64,000 nt of DNA, from contig OZ287755.1 of the NCBI GenBank assembly GCA_965649765.1, positions 36,518,001 through 36,582,000 of the forward strand. Reading direction: 5' to 3'. This document shows, piece by piece, positions 12,612 to 24,755 of the stretch (its first letter is position 1; every line of letters begins with the position of its first letter). The notes beneath the pieces were generated by a model. The model saw only the letters and a list, made by a program, of their open reading frames with translations. It had not been told where the DNA came from and ran no database searches. The position numbers were made by a program, and so were the translations under genes. The DNA is from Bispira polyomma. Taxonomy: Eukaryota.

Positions 12612-13799
12612 TATACTACTGATGTACTAAGTATATGAAGTACGATACTATGCAAGGAAATGTTATAAAAAGATACTAATGTGAAATTCTAAGAGGAATA
12701 GATTGGTTGCATGATGACAGAACTGTTCTATCTACATTAGTTCTAGATAAATGTAAGCCAGATCTCCCTTTTTATTTAAGAACTACATAATAGTCGGTTT
12801 TTAACAAAAAAAGGGTATGTGTGTAGTCAGATTTTAGTTTACATGTGATCTTTTAGTCGAGGGAAACTATGGCTTATTTTATAACACATCTATTTGCTTA
12901 GCATCTAAGTTTACTAAGCTGTGCAATAACCTACACAAAGTCATTAAGGTTAGACAAAACACAATTTCTGTTTGTGAAGAAAAAACAAGATCTGTATGTA
13001 GAAATTAAAACCAAGTAGATTTTTCTATTTGATCAGTGTTATTGTGCAAGGAGAAAAAAAAGAGAACAATCTTTTTAATAACATACAACTGCAGAGGAAA
13101 TTACACGTACCAGCATTTTAATGTATGTGGGTGTACTACCAACAGAACAGTATTTTAACAGATAAATGTATTGGGGCAACAATTCCTTTTTACTGTAAGC
13201 AAAAGGCAGTCTTGCTGTCAGTAATAAATCACCCCTAAGCAGTATTACAGAGTCCCACATAGAATTACACCAATAGCTGTTTGTGTTTTAGTTTTTAACA
13301 AAGTGACATCACTCAGACCTGATTGCATAGTGCATTTATTCAAGTATGAATATAAAGAGCATGGGTTTGTATGAGCCTATTTGAATATTCATATTACCAA
13401 TCTAGTTAGGAAGGATATGTTGTGTTCAAAGTTAATGTGCAGTATCCTGAAGGTGTACATAATTTACCCAATGTTGAGCATTACAATAAATGTCTTTACT
13501 TAACTGAATCAGGAAATGTCCACGTGGAAATGTCCAACAGGCCCAACACACCACAAAATGGACATGACGATGCTAGGCACTATAGCATTGTGCTTCAACA
13601 ATGTCAATATAACAGACCTCTAGAAACAGGCAGACATCTGGAATATACAAGTACTTAATTGCACAGACAGTAGACACCTGCTTATCATCTGTTATTCGAC
13701 CAGCCAATGGTGTGATTCTATTATATATTTCTGGAGATATTTCCATTCTTTTGTAGTTTCCTGGTAGGAGCGAAGCCTCACTCCAGTTGGGGGGGGGGG

Positions 13800-14547
13800 G
13801 GGGGGGGGCTTAAACTCCCCTCTGGTCCCCTACAAGAGCCTTGTTTTCTCCACTAGCATATCTGTGATCAGTCTAGAGGACTCGTGTCCTATGGGTCAGA
13901 CGGACACCCTTGAGCTGCCCGTCTTACTCTCTGTCCAAGGAGGTTACATGTTTCTCGACAAATGTTCAGCGTCCGTGCACTTACATGTTCAAAGCTTTCA
14001 CATGTTTCACTGATGTTTCAAAGTTACATGTACAAAGAAGTATATCATCGTCTCCCGTTATATATAAAAATTTATGTTGGTTATCATCGTTTCCAGTTGT
14101 ATTAATGATAGTTTATTGGTTATTAGTGTCTGACATTCATATAAAGATAGGTTATTGGCTATCATTATTTCCAGTTATGTAAAGAAAGTTATTGGCTATT
14201 TTTGCCCGAAGTTATAAGATAAAAACTAGTTATCATGCTGTCGAATCTAAAAATCACTATAGGCATGTAGTCAGCAAAGTCAAAGTCTCACTTTGACTCT
14301 AGGCTGGCCGGGGACAGTCGAAACCCCTCCCTCATTCTTTTAGCGCCTCTGGCCTGACCATGTTCTTCTAGCGCCTCTGGCCTGACCGTCTCTGACAGTA
14401 CAGTTTCTACCACCTTAAAGGCAAAAATTCCAACCTGTTTCATTTAGCTATGGCTCTGCAATCACTCTCATCACACATTGTGATATATTGCGGTCGTTTC
14501 TATCTTCTATGGCATCCCAAGGTCGGGATCTTCGCTTCCCTCTGGTT
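13800..14547 (+). mobile_element. Deleted 3' internal region of the main LTR-element family
   Basis: Shares the hairpin block (gcatatctgtgat.agtct.gagga...ccaaggaggttacatg) and the pre-LTR cccgaggtcgggatcttcg tract with 30270-31515 and 41130-42673. Confidence 0.8.
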
Positions 14548-14997
14548 TGTTCATAAATGAGGTCGACAGGATATATGTGCACACTAATCAAAACTAAACT
14601 GTAGGAATAATCTAAACACTGCCTGTCTCTGTACTAAAACTGTGATATATTTCTCTTCTTCAAACACACCTGACTCAGCAGCTCTCTTCATAAACATCAG
14701 CAAAGCTCATTGGACAACCTAGCTGCTGATACCCACCCACCCCCGCCCTATTCTTGATCAATTTGACTACCTCTATATAAAGCCACACAGGGAGGAGTGC
14801 GGGCTGGTGCTCCCTCCTCATTATCCTCGGATAGGACTTTCCAGAGGCGGGGGAAACAAATGTATATGCATATATGGGCTAGATGTTTGATGTGAAAATT
14901 AAGGAAATAGAAATGTAATCATATTGTTTTTATTAAGACTCTCACAAGCCTGGACTTTTACCTATGCTTTATGCTACCCCTAATTCAGGTTACAGCA
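14548..14997 (+). mobile_element. LTR copy (main family)
   Basis: TGT start, TGACTCAGCA, ctatataaag TATA, end ttcaggttacagCA; homologous to 39846-40263. Confidence 0.85.
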
Positions 14998-15849
14998 TTG
15001 CTTAAGTCTTTAACTGTTTAACATACTAATGAATAATATTGTAAATACAAGTCAGATGATTAGGAACAAAGTCTCTGAAAGTGTATCAACCAAGCTAGCA
15101 CAATAAAAGCAGAATAGTTTCCAAATCGGATATGTTGATGATTTACTATATAACAATGGTAACTTCATGTGTATAATGACCTAAAAAGTATGTACAATGT
15201 CAAAATTATAAATGTTTGGATTGTTATAGAGCCAAACTAACCCTACTTTGAAAAAATTTACGATTTAATGACTAGTAATTTTACAAAATTAATTGGACCT
15301 GTAATTCCTTTTCGGTGAAAAAACAAACAGGTCAAAATCAAGTCACAACAAGTCATATATTTAACATGCTCAACAAAGCACTTTTTGTATCTACGTTAAA
15401 AAAAGTGGAATGAAATTTTTAATAAAGACTTCAATGATAATACGTTTTAATGTTTGACTTGCATGGATGCAATACAGAATCCTGAATAAAATTATTGGTG
15501 TTAAACATTACTTGACAATTATTCATAAGGACTCTAGTATTTGTAAGTTATGTAACAGTCACCATTTTTATAAAATGGAACTTCAAATATTTTCGGTGCC
15601 TTAAACATCTACATGAACAAAATAAAAGCTCATCCTGTACATTTTGTGTTGTTACTTGGTATTTGCATAAACCCCTTGCTAGAACGACACAAACAAAAGA
15701 TACTAAACCAAATAAACTATGAAATTTTTTTAGAAATATTGGTTCGATTGCATTAATAAGGGTTACCATTAATAAGTCACAAGTGGACACACATGTATCA
15801 TCTGACAATCCCAGACAAGCTTTAAATCAGCCTACCAGAACTGAAGCCA

Positions 15850-16720
15850 GGTCAAGTCTTAAAGGATTTCTCCACTTAAACACAGTGGAACATGATGTAA
15901 AAAGAGTACATGACGGCTGCAAAAGAAGGAACAACCATCCCCTCCTTTTGCAGGAAACTTTTAGCCACCAAAAGACTGCAATACCACAGCATATGCCAGG
16001 CCAGGTACCACATGACTGAGACTCTACAGCATATGATTTTAACATACAGACGAGTCCATGATGCTACACTTAACCAGATTAACAGTATTTTCAAACAGTT
16101 ATCACAAAGGGACAAACAAGCTCTAAACGATCTGTCCGGAATTATTTCCAAAATCTTTGGGTTTGGCAGTTGATGTCAACAAGTTAAATAAAACAATCCT
16201 TTTTCTAGGAGACAACTTCCTAGCTACTGTACAGCATTCATTGAGTTTCACATCAAAATATTACAATCATGTGGTCACCATTTGAAGCTATCTATAGGCA
16301 ATCCAAGGCAAACTTTCTAACTACCAGACAGGACCAAATGCCATGCATCTTGCCTTCATGAAAAATAAAATGGTAAGAATGAAACTTCAAATATTTTCCA
16401 TGCCTTAAACATCTACAGATACACAAACAAAATAAAAACTCATCCTGTACACTTAGTGTTCTTACTTGAGATTTGGACAACCCTTGTTAGCAAGACACAA
16501 ACATGAAATACTAAACCAAATAAACTATGGAGTAGTATATAGATATATCGGTACTAAATGCCATGCATCTTGTCCTTCTCAGAAGCTAAAAATCTACTAA
16601 ACAGTGTCCGTAAAAGTTTACGTCAGCAGGCCCCCATTTCAAAGTTCTTGCACAGCACGCAGCTGAAATTTACAGGATGCAAGAGTTCTTCATACAAAGA
16701 CATGATGACCACATATACAT
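15850..16720 (+). pseudogene. env-like (class I fusion protein) remnant, copy 1
   Basis: QRDKQ|ALNDLSGIISKIFGFG (furin RxKR-like site plus fusion-peptide-like segment), heptad-like KYYNHVVTI*SYL*AIQGKLSNYQTG, then ILSFSEAKNLLNSVRKSL..PHFKVLAQHAAEIYRMQEFFIQRHDDHIY. Confidence 0.7.
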
Positions 16721-17027
16721 GTACATTTGGCATTTCGAATCCAAAAAAACTTCACTTGTCTTCAATTAAGAAAATGAGGTCAGAACAGGTTTTAAATTGT
16801 TATACAATGTTACACAATGTGTACTATATTATGGTGTATGACTTACTGGTATATAGGGGAAAAGATATAGAATATCTGTGTTTTGTTCTTGTTCTGTGAG
16901 GCTGTGTGTATGTGTTTGTATGTGGTGTGTTTTGTATATGTTTGGTTTGTTCTTTCCCAGGAGAAGGGGGTGGTGATTGTATATAAGGACACAGCTCAAA
17001 CATTTCAACACATTCTTTGGTGTAATC

Positions 17028-17445
17028 ATGGAAAGCGGTAATACAGAGGCCATGGAAATGTGTTTGAATAAGGGGAAAATAAGCTTGGCTTATTTTCTCT
17101 TGATGCAATTGTTTGAGAGGGTCTTGAAAGATAATGGGAAAGCCAATGACAAAGAGTCTGTTCTGTCAGTGCACGAGCCGCTTTTAGAATTGGATGTTGA
17201 TGATAGTGTTACTGATAAAACATTGACGTGGTTAGCATCAGATTCACTCAATTGTCGTCAAGGGGCTGTTGCAGCCTTACTGAGAACAAAATTATCGGGA
17301 CGACGACAAGATGCCGTGAAGAACATGGTAGCGAGAATGGACTGTGTGCTCTGTTTCAAAAAAATAATGAAACTAGCGACCCTGGGCTGCTGCAATGCGA
17401 GTGTAAGACTTAGCATGGATTGTGTACCTGGTTTGGGCTGCCTCT
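17028..17445 (+). pseudogene. Truncated copy of the compact TATA-driven unknown gene at 24756
   Basis: Near-identical to 24756-25170, including the upstream tgtatataagg; truncated at a minisatellite unit where it joins an env fragment. Confidence 0.6.
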
Positions 17446-17479
17446 GTATATTCTTATGTAACCGCATATTTTGGTTTGT

Positions 17480-18095
17480 ATTGAATCACCTTGAAGGAGA
17501 TCTCCCACTCAAACACAGAGGAGCATGATGTAAAAGAGTACATGATGGCTGCAAAAGAAGGAACAACCATCCTCTCCTTTTGCAGGAAACTTCTAGCCAC
17601 CAAAAGACTGCAAAACCACAGCATATGCCAGGCCAGGTACCATATGACTGAGACGCTAAAGCACATGATATTAACATACAGATGAGTCCATGATGCTACA
17701 CTTAGCCAGATTAACAGTATTTTTAAACAGTAATCACAAAGAGACAAACAAGCTCTAAACAATCTGTCCGCAATTTTTTCCAAAAGCTTTGGGTTTGGCA
17801 GACAAATTGATGTCAACAAGTTAACCAAAACAGTCCAGAAGTGACACACAAATTTCAGCAAGTACAGCTTAAGTGTTCACAGATCAATAGAATACACAGC
17901 ATCTAATCTGATCCAGACCAACTCAAAAGCTATACAATTTCTAGGAGACAACTTGCTAGCTACTGTCCATCATTCCGTGAGATTCATATAAAAATATCAC
18001 AATCATGTGGTCACCCCTTGAAGCTATCTATAGGCAATCCAAGGTAAACTTTCTAACTACCAGACAGGTCTAAATGCCATGCAACTTGCCCTTCT
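17480..18095 (+). pseudogene. env-like remnant, copy 2
   Basis: Homologous to 15850-16350; extends GFGRQIDVNKLTKTVQK...NLIQTNSKAIQFLGDNL. Confidence 0.7.
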
Positions 18096-18184
18096 AAACA
18101 ATAAAATAGTAAGAAAGGAAATTAGAATATTTGTCGTGCCTTAAACATCTACAGGAACATAAACAAAATAAAAACTCATCCTCT

Positions 18185-19683
18185 CTAAAACTTTTTATGT
18201 CAATTTTCAGCATGGTACCAAAAAACAAATGAAAACATAAATACATAGGTTATTTTTTTGCTCAGCATCCATTAACATAAATTTGGTAAATGAACATAAA
18301 AAACATCAATGACCAATGTATGTCAACCTTGTTATAGTGGTCTATATCTATATATAAATGATCAGATATGTTTCATGACATATAACTTTGAATATACAAA
18401 AAACACCTTGTTGAAAATTTGTGTATCAGTTAGTATCTGACATGTAATACTTGTAATACATGTATGTATTTGTAAAATCAGTTCATCATAAAGAGAATAT
18501 ATTACATCCTAACTTATATATGAGTGAATGTGTAAAACATATATATGACTCAATGTGTGTAAAATTTGTTAATTATAAAGCAAATCTGTATATCATTTAG
18601 TATCTGAGCTTTGTAACAATTGTAAAATTAGTTAGTCATATAGGGAATCTTTTATAAGCTAACTTCCACACACTTACATACAAGTTCTAAAATGATGCTG
18701 TCAAATAATTACATCAGTTAAACTGTATTATTGCTTAAGCCTACTTTTGCTTTGTTCCATTCCAAAAATTGTGGAAGGGAAAACTAAAACTTTATTTCAT
18801 AGATATCTTAAATCGTTGGAGTGATGAAATTTATTTGAATCTTTCTAATAAATGGATTCCATTAAAAAAAATTACCTGTAAACAAGTTTATGGAGAACAA
18901 ATAAGGAAAATAACTAAAACACCAACTGCAATTGAAAGCTGGATTGAAACTTATCCTTTCTTGGAATCTTATCATTGGACTGAAACTTTTACACTGCCGT
19001 ATAAATTTTTAATAGAACCTTACCATCAAAGTTTTCAATACAAGATAATTAACAGACTTTTAAATTGTAATTACAACTTATATAAGTGGCACATACTGAC
19101 TTCACCAAATTGTTTGTACTGTGGGAGTGTAGACACAATTTCTCACCATTTATATGAATGTCAAGAAAGTATAAAATTCTGGAAAAAATTGGAGGATTGG
19201 ATCTATAGTTACCTAAACACAAGGTTTAACTTTACTGTATGTGAAGTGATATTTGGAATACCTCATACACATGATCCTATATTAGAAACCATAAATTATA
19301 TTTTAACTCTTGGAAAATGGTTTATCAATAAAAAAAGAACAAATAAGAATAGTCTAATATTCTTTGAACTTATTTTAGTTTTGAAAGAAAAATTTAAAGT
19401 TTGCTGCACAACAAAAATGCTTAAAGGAATTACACCAGACAAATATTATTATTATGAATTATTATACAAGAGCTAATAAAATATTGTTTTGTTTCAAAAC
19501 ATGTAATAAAAATGATATATCTGAGACTGATTAATAAACATATTATCATAGTAATGTTGTATTATGTTTGTCTATTTCTGTGTTCTCTTGTTTTGAAATA
19601 CTTGTATATTGTAATGTTGTATTGTATTGTAATTTATGTATATATATGTAAAATAAAAAACAATAAAAAAAAAAAAAAAAAAC
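18185..19683 (+). mobile_element. 5'-truncated non-LTR retrotransposon (L1/Tx1-type ORF2 C-terminus, zf-RVT) with poly(A) and 13-bp TSD
   Basis: ORF 18769-19476 has SFQYKIINRLL...CLYCGSVDTISHHLYEC; poly(A) ~19665-19683; TSD aaactcatcctct at 18172-18184 and 19684-19696. Confidence 0.9.
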
Positions 19684-19867
19684 AAACTCATCCTCTACAC
19701 TTAGTGGTGTTACTTGGGATTTTCATAACCCCTTGACACAAACAAGAAAGATTAAACCAAATAAACTTTGGAGTAGTATACAGATGTCGATCCTAAATGT
19801 CATGCATTTTGTCCCTCTCAGAAGCTAAAAATCTACTACACAGTGTCTGTAAAAGTTTACATTAGTA

Positions 19868-20510
19868 GACCCTAAATCCGATCTACATAGACCTACCCTC
19901 ACATGACATTCCAATAAACCTCTCCTACCTCTAACAACACAGTGGTTTAGCCGGTTGGTGACACAGTTTAAACCAATTAACCATGGTGGAAGATTCATAC
20001 AAAATCCTAAATGTACAAACCCCCGATACCCTACAAACCCACTCCAACAAAATTGTATGTAATACATGACTATGCATTTCCCAGAACAAGCACTCCACAT
20101 AGCACTGCTATCCCTAGCAAACCGACATAAAGCCCTACAATTCGGACCACATGATTTTTTAGACATATTACGAGCTATTGGTTCCCTTCAAGCGGACTTC
20201 TTCCAATCACTATCTTTTGCCATTTCTTCTCAATATTCACACCAGTCATTTGGTCAAAATTTATATACCTCCACCACCTATTTATGCACTCTGACAAAAA
20301 AACTTTAAGCTCTACCTAGTTAAATTCAATTTCTGGCACATTCGGCTCACCAAAACAAGCCTACATTAACTTTTGGCCAACCCTAAATCTTACCTCCACC
20401 TGGTTAAAGTGGCAAGAGACAGCATGCGCCAATGGACGCAGAAAGTCAACTCCATACATGGAGGACGGTGTGCATCTTATGCAACCAATTTATACCACCC
20501 CAAAAATCAC
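19868..20510 (+). pseudogene. Decayed unknown ORF (ORF-X) associated with the env-bearing element
   Basis: One frame from DPKSDLHRPTL through ORF 20066-20308 with few stops; overlapping homologous pieces at 20930-21520 and 26215-26440. Confidence 0.5.
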
Positions 20511-20929
20511 CAAATATATGGAATGAAAGCTTGGCAGTAAAGTAATTTTCTCACACTTAAAATTCTTAGCTCATACAAAGCATGGAAGTACGGGCTAAAT
20601 ATAAACATTATTATTATCTAATAGACATACAAGGTATGATAATGGTGGAAATACATTGTTGTAATAATTATATATTCTCATAATAATTATATATTGTCAT
20701 ATTATATGGTACTTAATTGTATTTATGATACTTAACATTATGACATTTATTAGTATTGTGACATATAGTGTTGTTTTGTAACATTTCATGCCAGTCATAA
20801 TACTGAATGGTATTATACTATATTTGATGGTATTTATTGTCTTATCGTAATATACCTGTATTACACTGCTAGCCTCTCTATCGCAAATTCGATTGAAACA
20901 AACATTCTTCAAAGAGCAATTAATATGCA

Positions 20930-21850
20930 TTGACACATCCAAACTTCCATTTCTTTTACCAATAACTCCGGCAGACCAACCCAATGCACTTCAAACCATT
21001 CACCACAACCCTTAGACTGCCAGCCCCGCGTCTTTGTCAAAAAATACCGTCAATCAAAAAACTTTTCTCTTACCAAGATTACCTCCAACAACTCCCAGTC
21101 TACAATCCACCTCCACTTACAATTCCACCACCCCAACCAAATCAGATCTACATAAACCTACCCTCCTATTACGGTCTGATAAACCTCTCCTACCTTTAAC
21201 AACACAGTGGTTTAGCCACTTGGTTACACAGTTTAAACCAATTAACCATAGCTCTTAATATGTCTAAAAAATCACATGATCCGAATGGAGGACGGTGCAT
21301 CTTATGCCATCAATTTATACCTCCCCAGCAAATCACCAAACCCACATTGGCCCAAAACTTTTACCACAACCAATGCTGGAACCATTATACACACTTTTAG
21401 TGTTGGATCCAAAGCACTTCCTTTGATAATGATTTCTCCTGTTCAATGTGCGGATCTAAGTACAAAAACAGTCATTTAACCAGAACCTTACAACTATCAC
21501 AGTTCGCACCTCCAGGTTTCATAAATAGTCGACATTACAAATTCTAAAATACTAAAATTAACACCTCCCACTCCCATCTACTATTTTAGTTAAAGCACGC
21601 CAAACAATTCCAACCAAAATAAAAGATTGAATAGCGAACAGAGAGCTCTATAGTATTATTTGTAAAATACACATTATCATTGTATCATGGTCGTGTGTAA
21701 TGTCAGTCATTATGCGTGTTAAAACCCATATGAACTATTTGTAAATTTTTTCTATTATAATTATATAATGGTCGTGTGCAACGTCAAATCATTACATGTG
21801 TTAAAAGTCATATTGAGTGTCATGTTATCTTGAAATGTTGCACTCATATA
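20930..21850 (+). mobile_element. Further ORF-X fragments and downstream non-coding region; 21290-21845 duplicated at 26215-26757
   Basis: Direct sequence similarity (ggtgcatcttatgcca...tgttgcactc). Confidence 0.7.
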
Positions 21851-21886
21851 CGACATATATCAGTTCTAATATTGTCATATGTCAAT

Positions 21887-22690
21887 CTATACCAGGTCTA
21901 TCATACTGGGATAAAGTTTTTTATATATTCACTAAAAGTAACTGTATATCTGTATGTACCATGTTTCTCATTATCTGTCATTATGGTTGTGGAGAGAAGG
22001 GCAACAACCAGGCCAACCCCACCTTATAAAATACCTGTGTGTGTCCTGGGTACATGAATTGGTACACTGCTTGCACGGCATGTCGTAGAAGGTGACTAAA
22101 AAGGCAATAGGGATCTTCCCTATAGGATCCCTACCCCACTCCAACAGCCCGTTCCTTATGACCACAAATTCAATAACATTTGTTGGAGTAACATAACCAC
22201 AGGTCCAGAGAGCTTTTCTTCCTGGTTGATACCATCAAATAAGTCAATCGGGCATCTTAGGCTGATGAGGCCGGATGAGTAAATGTCAGACTATACCAGG
22301 TCTATCATACTTGGATAAAGCTATATATATTCCCTAAAAGTAACTGTATATCTGTATATACCATGTTTCTTGTTATTTGTCATTATGCTTGTGGAGAGAA
22401 GGGCACAAGCCAAGTTAACCCCACTATATAAAATACCTGTGTGTGTCCCATGTACATAAATTGACACACTGCTTGCACGGCAAGTTGTAGAAGACGCCTA
22501 AAAAGGCAATAAGGATCTTCCCCCCATAGGATCTCTACCCCACTCCAACTGTCCATTCCTTATGACCAGTTATTCAATAACAGCTGTTGGAGAAGCATAA
22601 CCACAGGTCCAGAGAGCTTTTCTTCCCGGTTAATACCATAAAATTAGTTAATCGGGCATCTTAGGCCCGACATAAGGTCGGATGAGTAAA
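21887..22690. repeat. ~400-bp tandem duplication (2 units) with TATA-like box and hairpin
   Basis: ctataccaggtctatcatact...ggatgagtaaa occurs twice; tagggatc..gatcccta inverted repeat at ~22108-22133. Confidence 0.85.
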
Positions 22691-22749
22691 TAATTATTAT
22701 AAAAAAAATTTAAAAAAATAGAAACACCCAATGAATTAAAATAATTATA

Positions 22750-23535
22750 TAATATTCTGGGTTAGTTTTGAATAACTTACTTATTCTTATGTAGCATCAT
22801 ATTTTGGGTTAGTATTGACTAATTTTCTTTATTCTTATGTAGCAACATATTTTGGGTTAGTATTGACTAACTTGTTTATTCTTATTTAGCAGCATATTTT
22901 GGGTTAGTATTGAGTAACTTGTGTATTCTTATATACCTGCTTATTTTGTTGGTATTGACTAACTTGTTTATTCTTATATAGCGGCATATTTTGGGTTAGT
23001 ATTGACTAACTTGTTTATTCTTATATAGCAGCATATTTTGTTAGTATTGACTAACTTGTTTATTCTTATATTGCAGCATAATTTGTTAGTATTGACTGAC
23101 TTGTTTATTCTTATATAGCTGTATATTCTAACTTGTTTATTCTTATATAGCAGCATATTTTGTTAGTATTGAGTAACTTGTGTATTCTTATATAGCTGCA
23201 TATTTTGTTAGTTTGACTAACTTGTGTATTCTTATGTAGCTGCATATTTTAGGTTAGTATTGACTAACTTGTGTATTCTTATGTAGCTGCATATTTTGGG
23301 TTAGTATTGACTATCTTGTGTATTCATATGTAACCGCATATTATGGTTAGTATTGACTAACTTGTTTATTCTTATGTAACCGCATATTTTGCTTAGATTT
23401 GACTAACTTGTTTATTCTTGTGCAACCGCATATTCTTGGTTAGTATTGACAAATTTGTGTATTCTTATGTAACCGCATATCTTAAATTAGTATTGACTAA
23501 CTTGTATATCCTTATGTAACCCCATATTTTGGTTA
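22750..23535. repeat. ~45-bp AT-rich minisatellite
   Basis: Unit ~gcatattttgggttagtattgactaacttgtttattcttatatagca, roughly 17 copies. Confidence 0.95.
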
Positions 23536-23539
23536 GAAT

Positions 23540-24500
23540 TGAATCACCTTGAAGGAGATCTCCCACTTAAACACAGAGGAACATGACGGCTGCAAAAGAA
23601 GTAACAACCATCCCCTTCTTTTGCAGGAAACTTCCAGCCACCAAAAGACTAGAATACCACAGCATATGCCAGGCCAGGTATCACATGACTGAGATGCTAC
23701 AGCACAAGATTTCAACTCACAGACAGGTTCATGATGATACACTTAGCCAGATTAACAGTATCTTCAAAGAGTTATCACAAAGGGACAAACAAGCTCTAAA
23801 CGGTCTGTCCGGAATTTTTACCAAAATCTTTGGGTTTGGCAGTTGATGTCAACAAGTTACCTAAAACAGTCTAGAAGTGACACACAAATACCAGCAAGTA
23901 CAGCTCAAGTGTTCACAGATAAATAGAATACACAACATCAGCCTTGAATCTCTATTGTAGGCGTTTCAACTCATCTCTCAATCTGATCCAGACCAACTCA
24001 AAAGCTATACAATTTCCAGGAGACAACTTGCCAGCTACTGGATTTACTGTTTGAAGCGATATATAGGCAATCGAAGGCGAACTTTCTAAATACCAGACAG
24101 GACTAAATGCCATGCATCTTGCCCTTCTCAAAAATAAAAAAAAAGTGAGAATTGAAATTCAAATATTTGATGTGCTTTTACAGGAACATGAACAAAAAAA
24201 AACTCATCCTCCACACTTAGTGTTGTAACTTAGGATTTGGATAACCCCTTGTTAGCAAGACACAAACAAGAAATACTAAACCAAATAAACTATGGAGTAG
24301 TATATAGAAATATGGGTACTAATGCCATGCATCTTGCCTTTCTCAGAAGCTGAAAATCTACTACACAGTGTCCGTAAAAGTTTATGTCAGCAGGACCCCA
24401 TTTTAAAGTTCTTGCACAGCACACCGCCAACATTTACAGGATCCAAGAGTTTTTCATACAAAGACATGATGACCACATATACGTTTGGCATTTCAAATCC
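23540..24500 (+). pseudogene. env-like remnant, copy 3
   Basis: ORFs 23583-23846, 24322-24516 and 24384-24590 are homologous to copy 1. Confidence 0.7.
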
Positions 24501-24755
24501 AAACAAACTTCACTAGCAATGTTATACAATGTGTACTATATAATGGTGTATGACTTACTGGTATATGGCTTACTGGTATATAGGAGGTAAGATATAGAAC
24601 ATCTGTGTGTTCTGTTCTTGTTCTGTGAGGCTGTGTGTATGTGTCTGTATGTGATGTGTTTTGTTTTTGCTTGGTTTGTTATCTCCCAGGGAAGGGGGTG
24701 GTGATTGTATATAAGGACACAGCTCAAACATTTCAACACATTCTTTGGAGTGATC

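Noticed and set aside
13422-13760. Coding-like stretch
   Set aside because: No recognisable motif or consistent frame.
22255-22290. CTGATGAG hammerhead-ribozyme core-like motif
   Set aside because: No following stem II plus GAAA, and the second tandem copy (22665-22690) lacks the motif.
22750-23535. Regular repeats as a CRISPR array (also 43550-44441)
   Set aside because: Units are contiguous with no unique spacers, there are no cas genes, and the context is eukaryotic.
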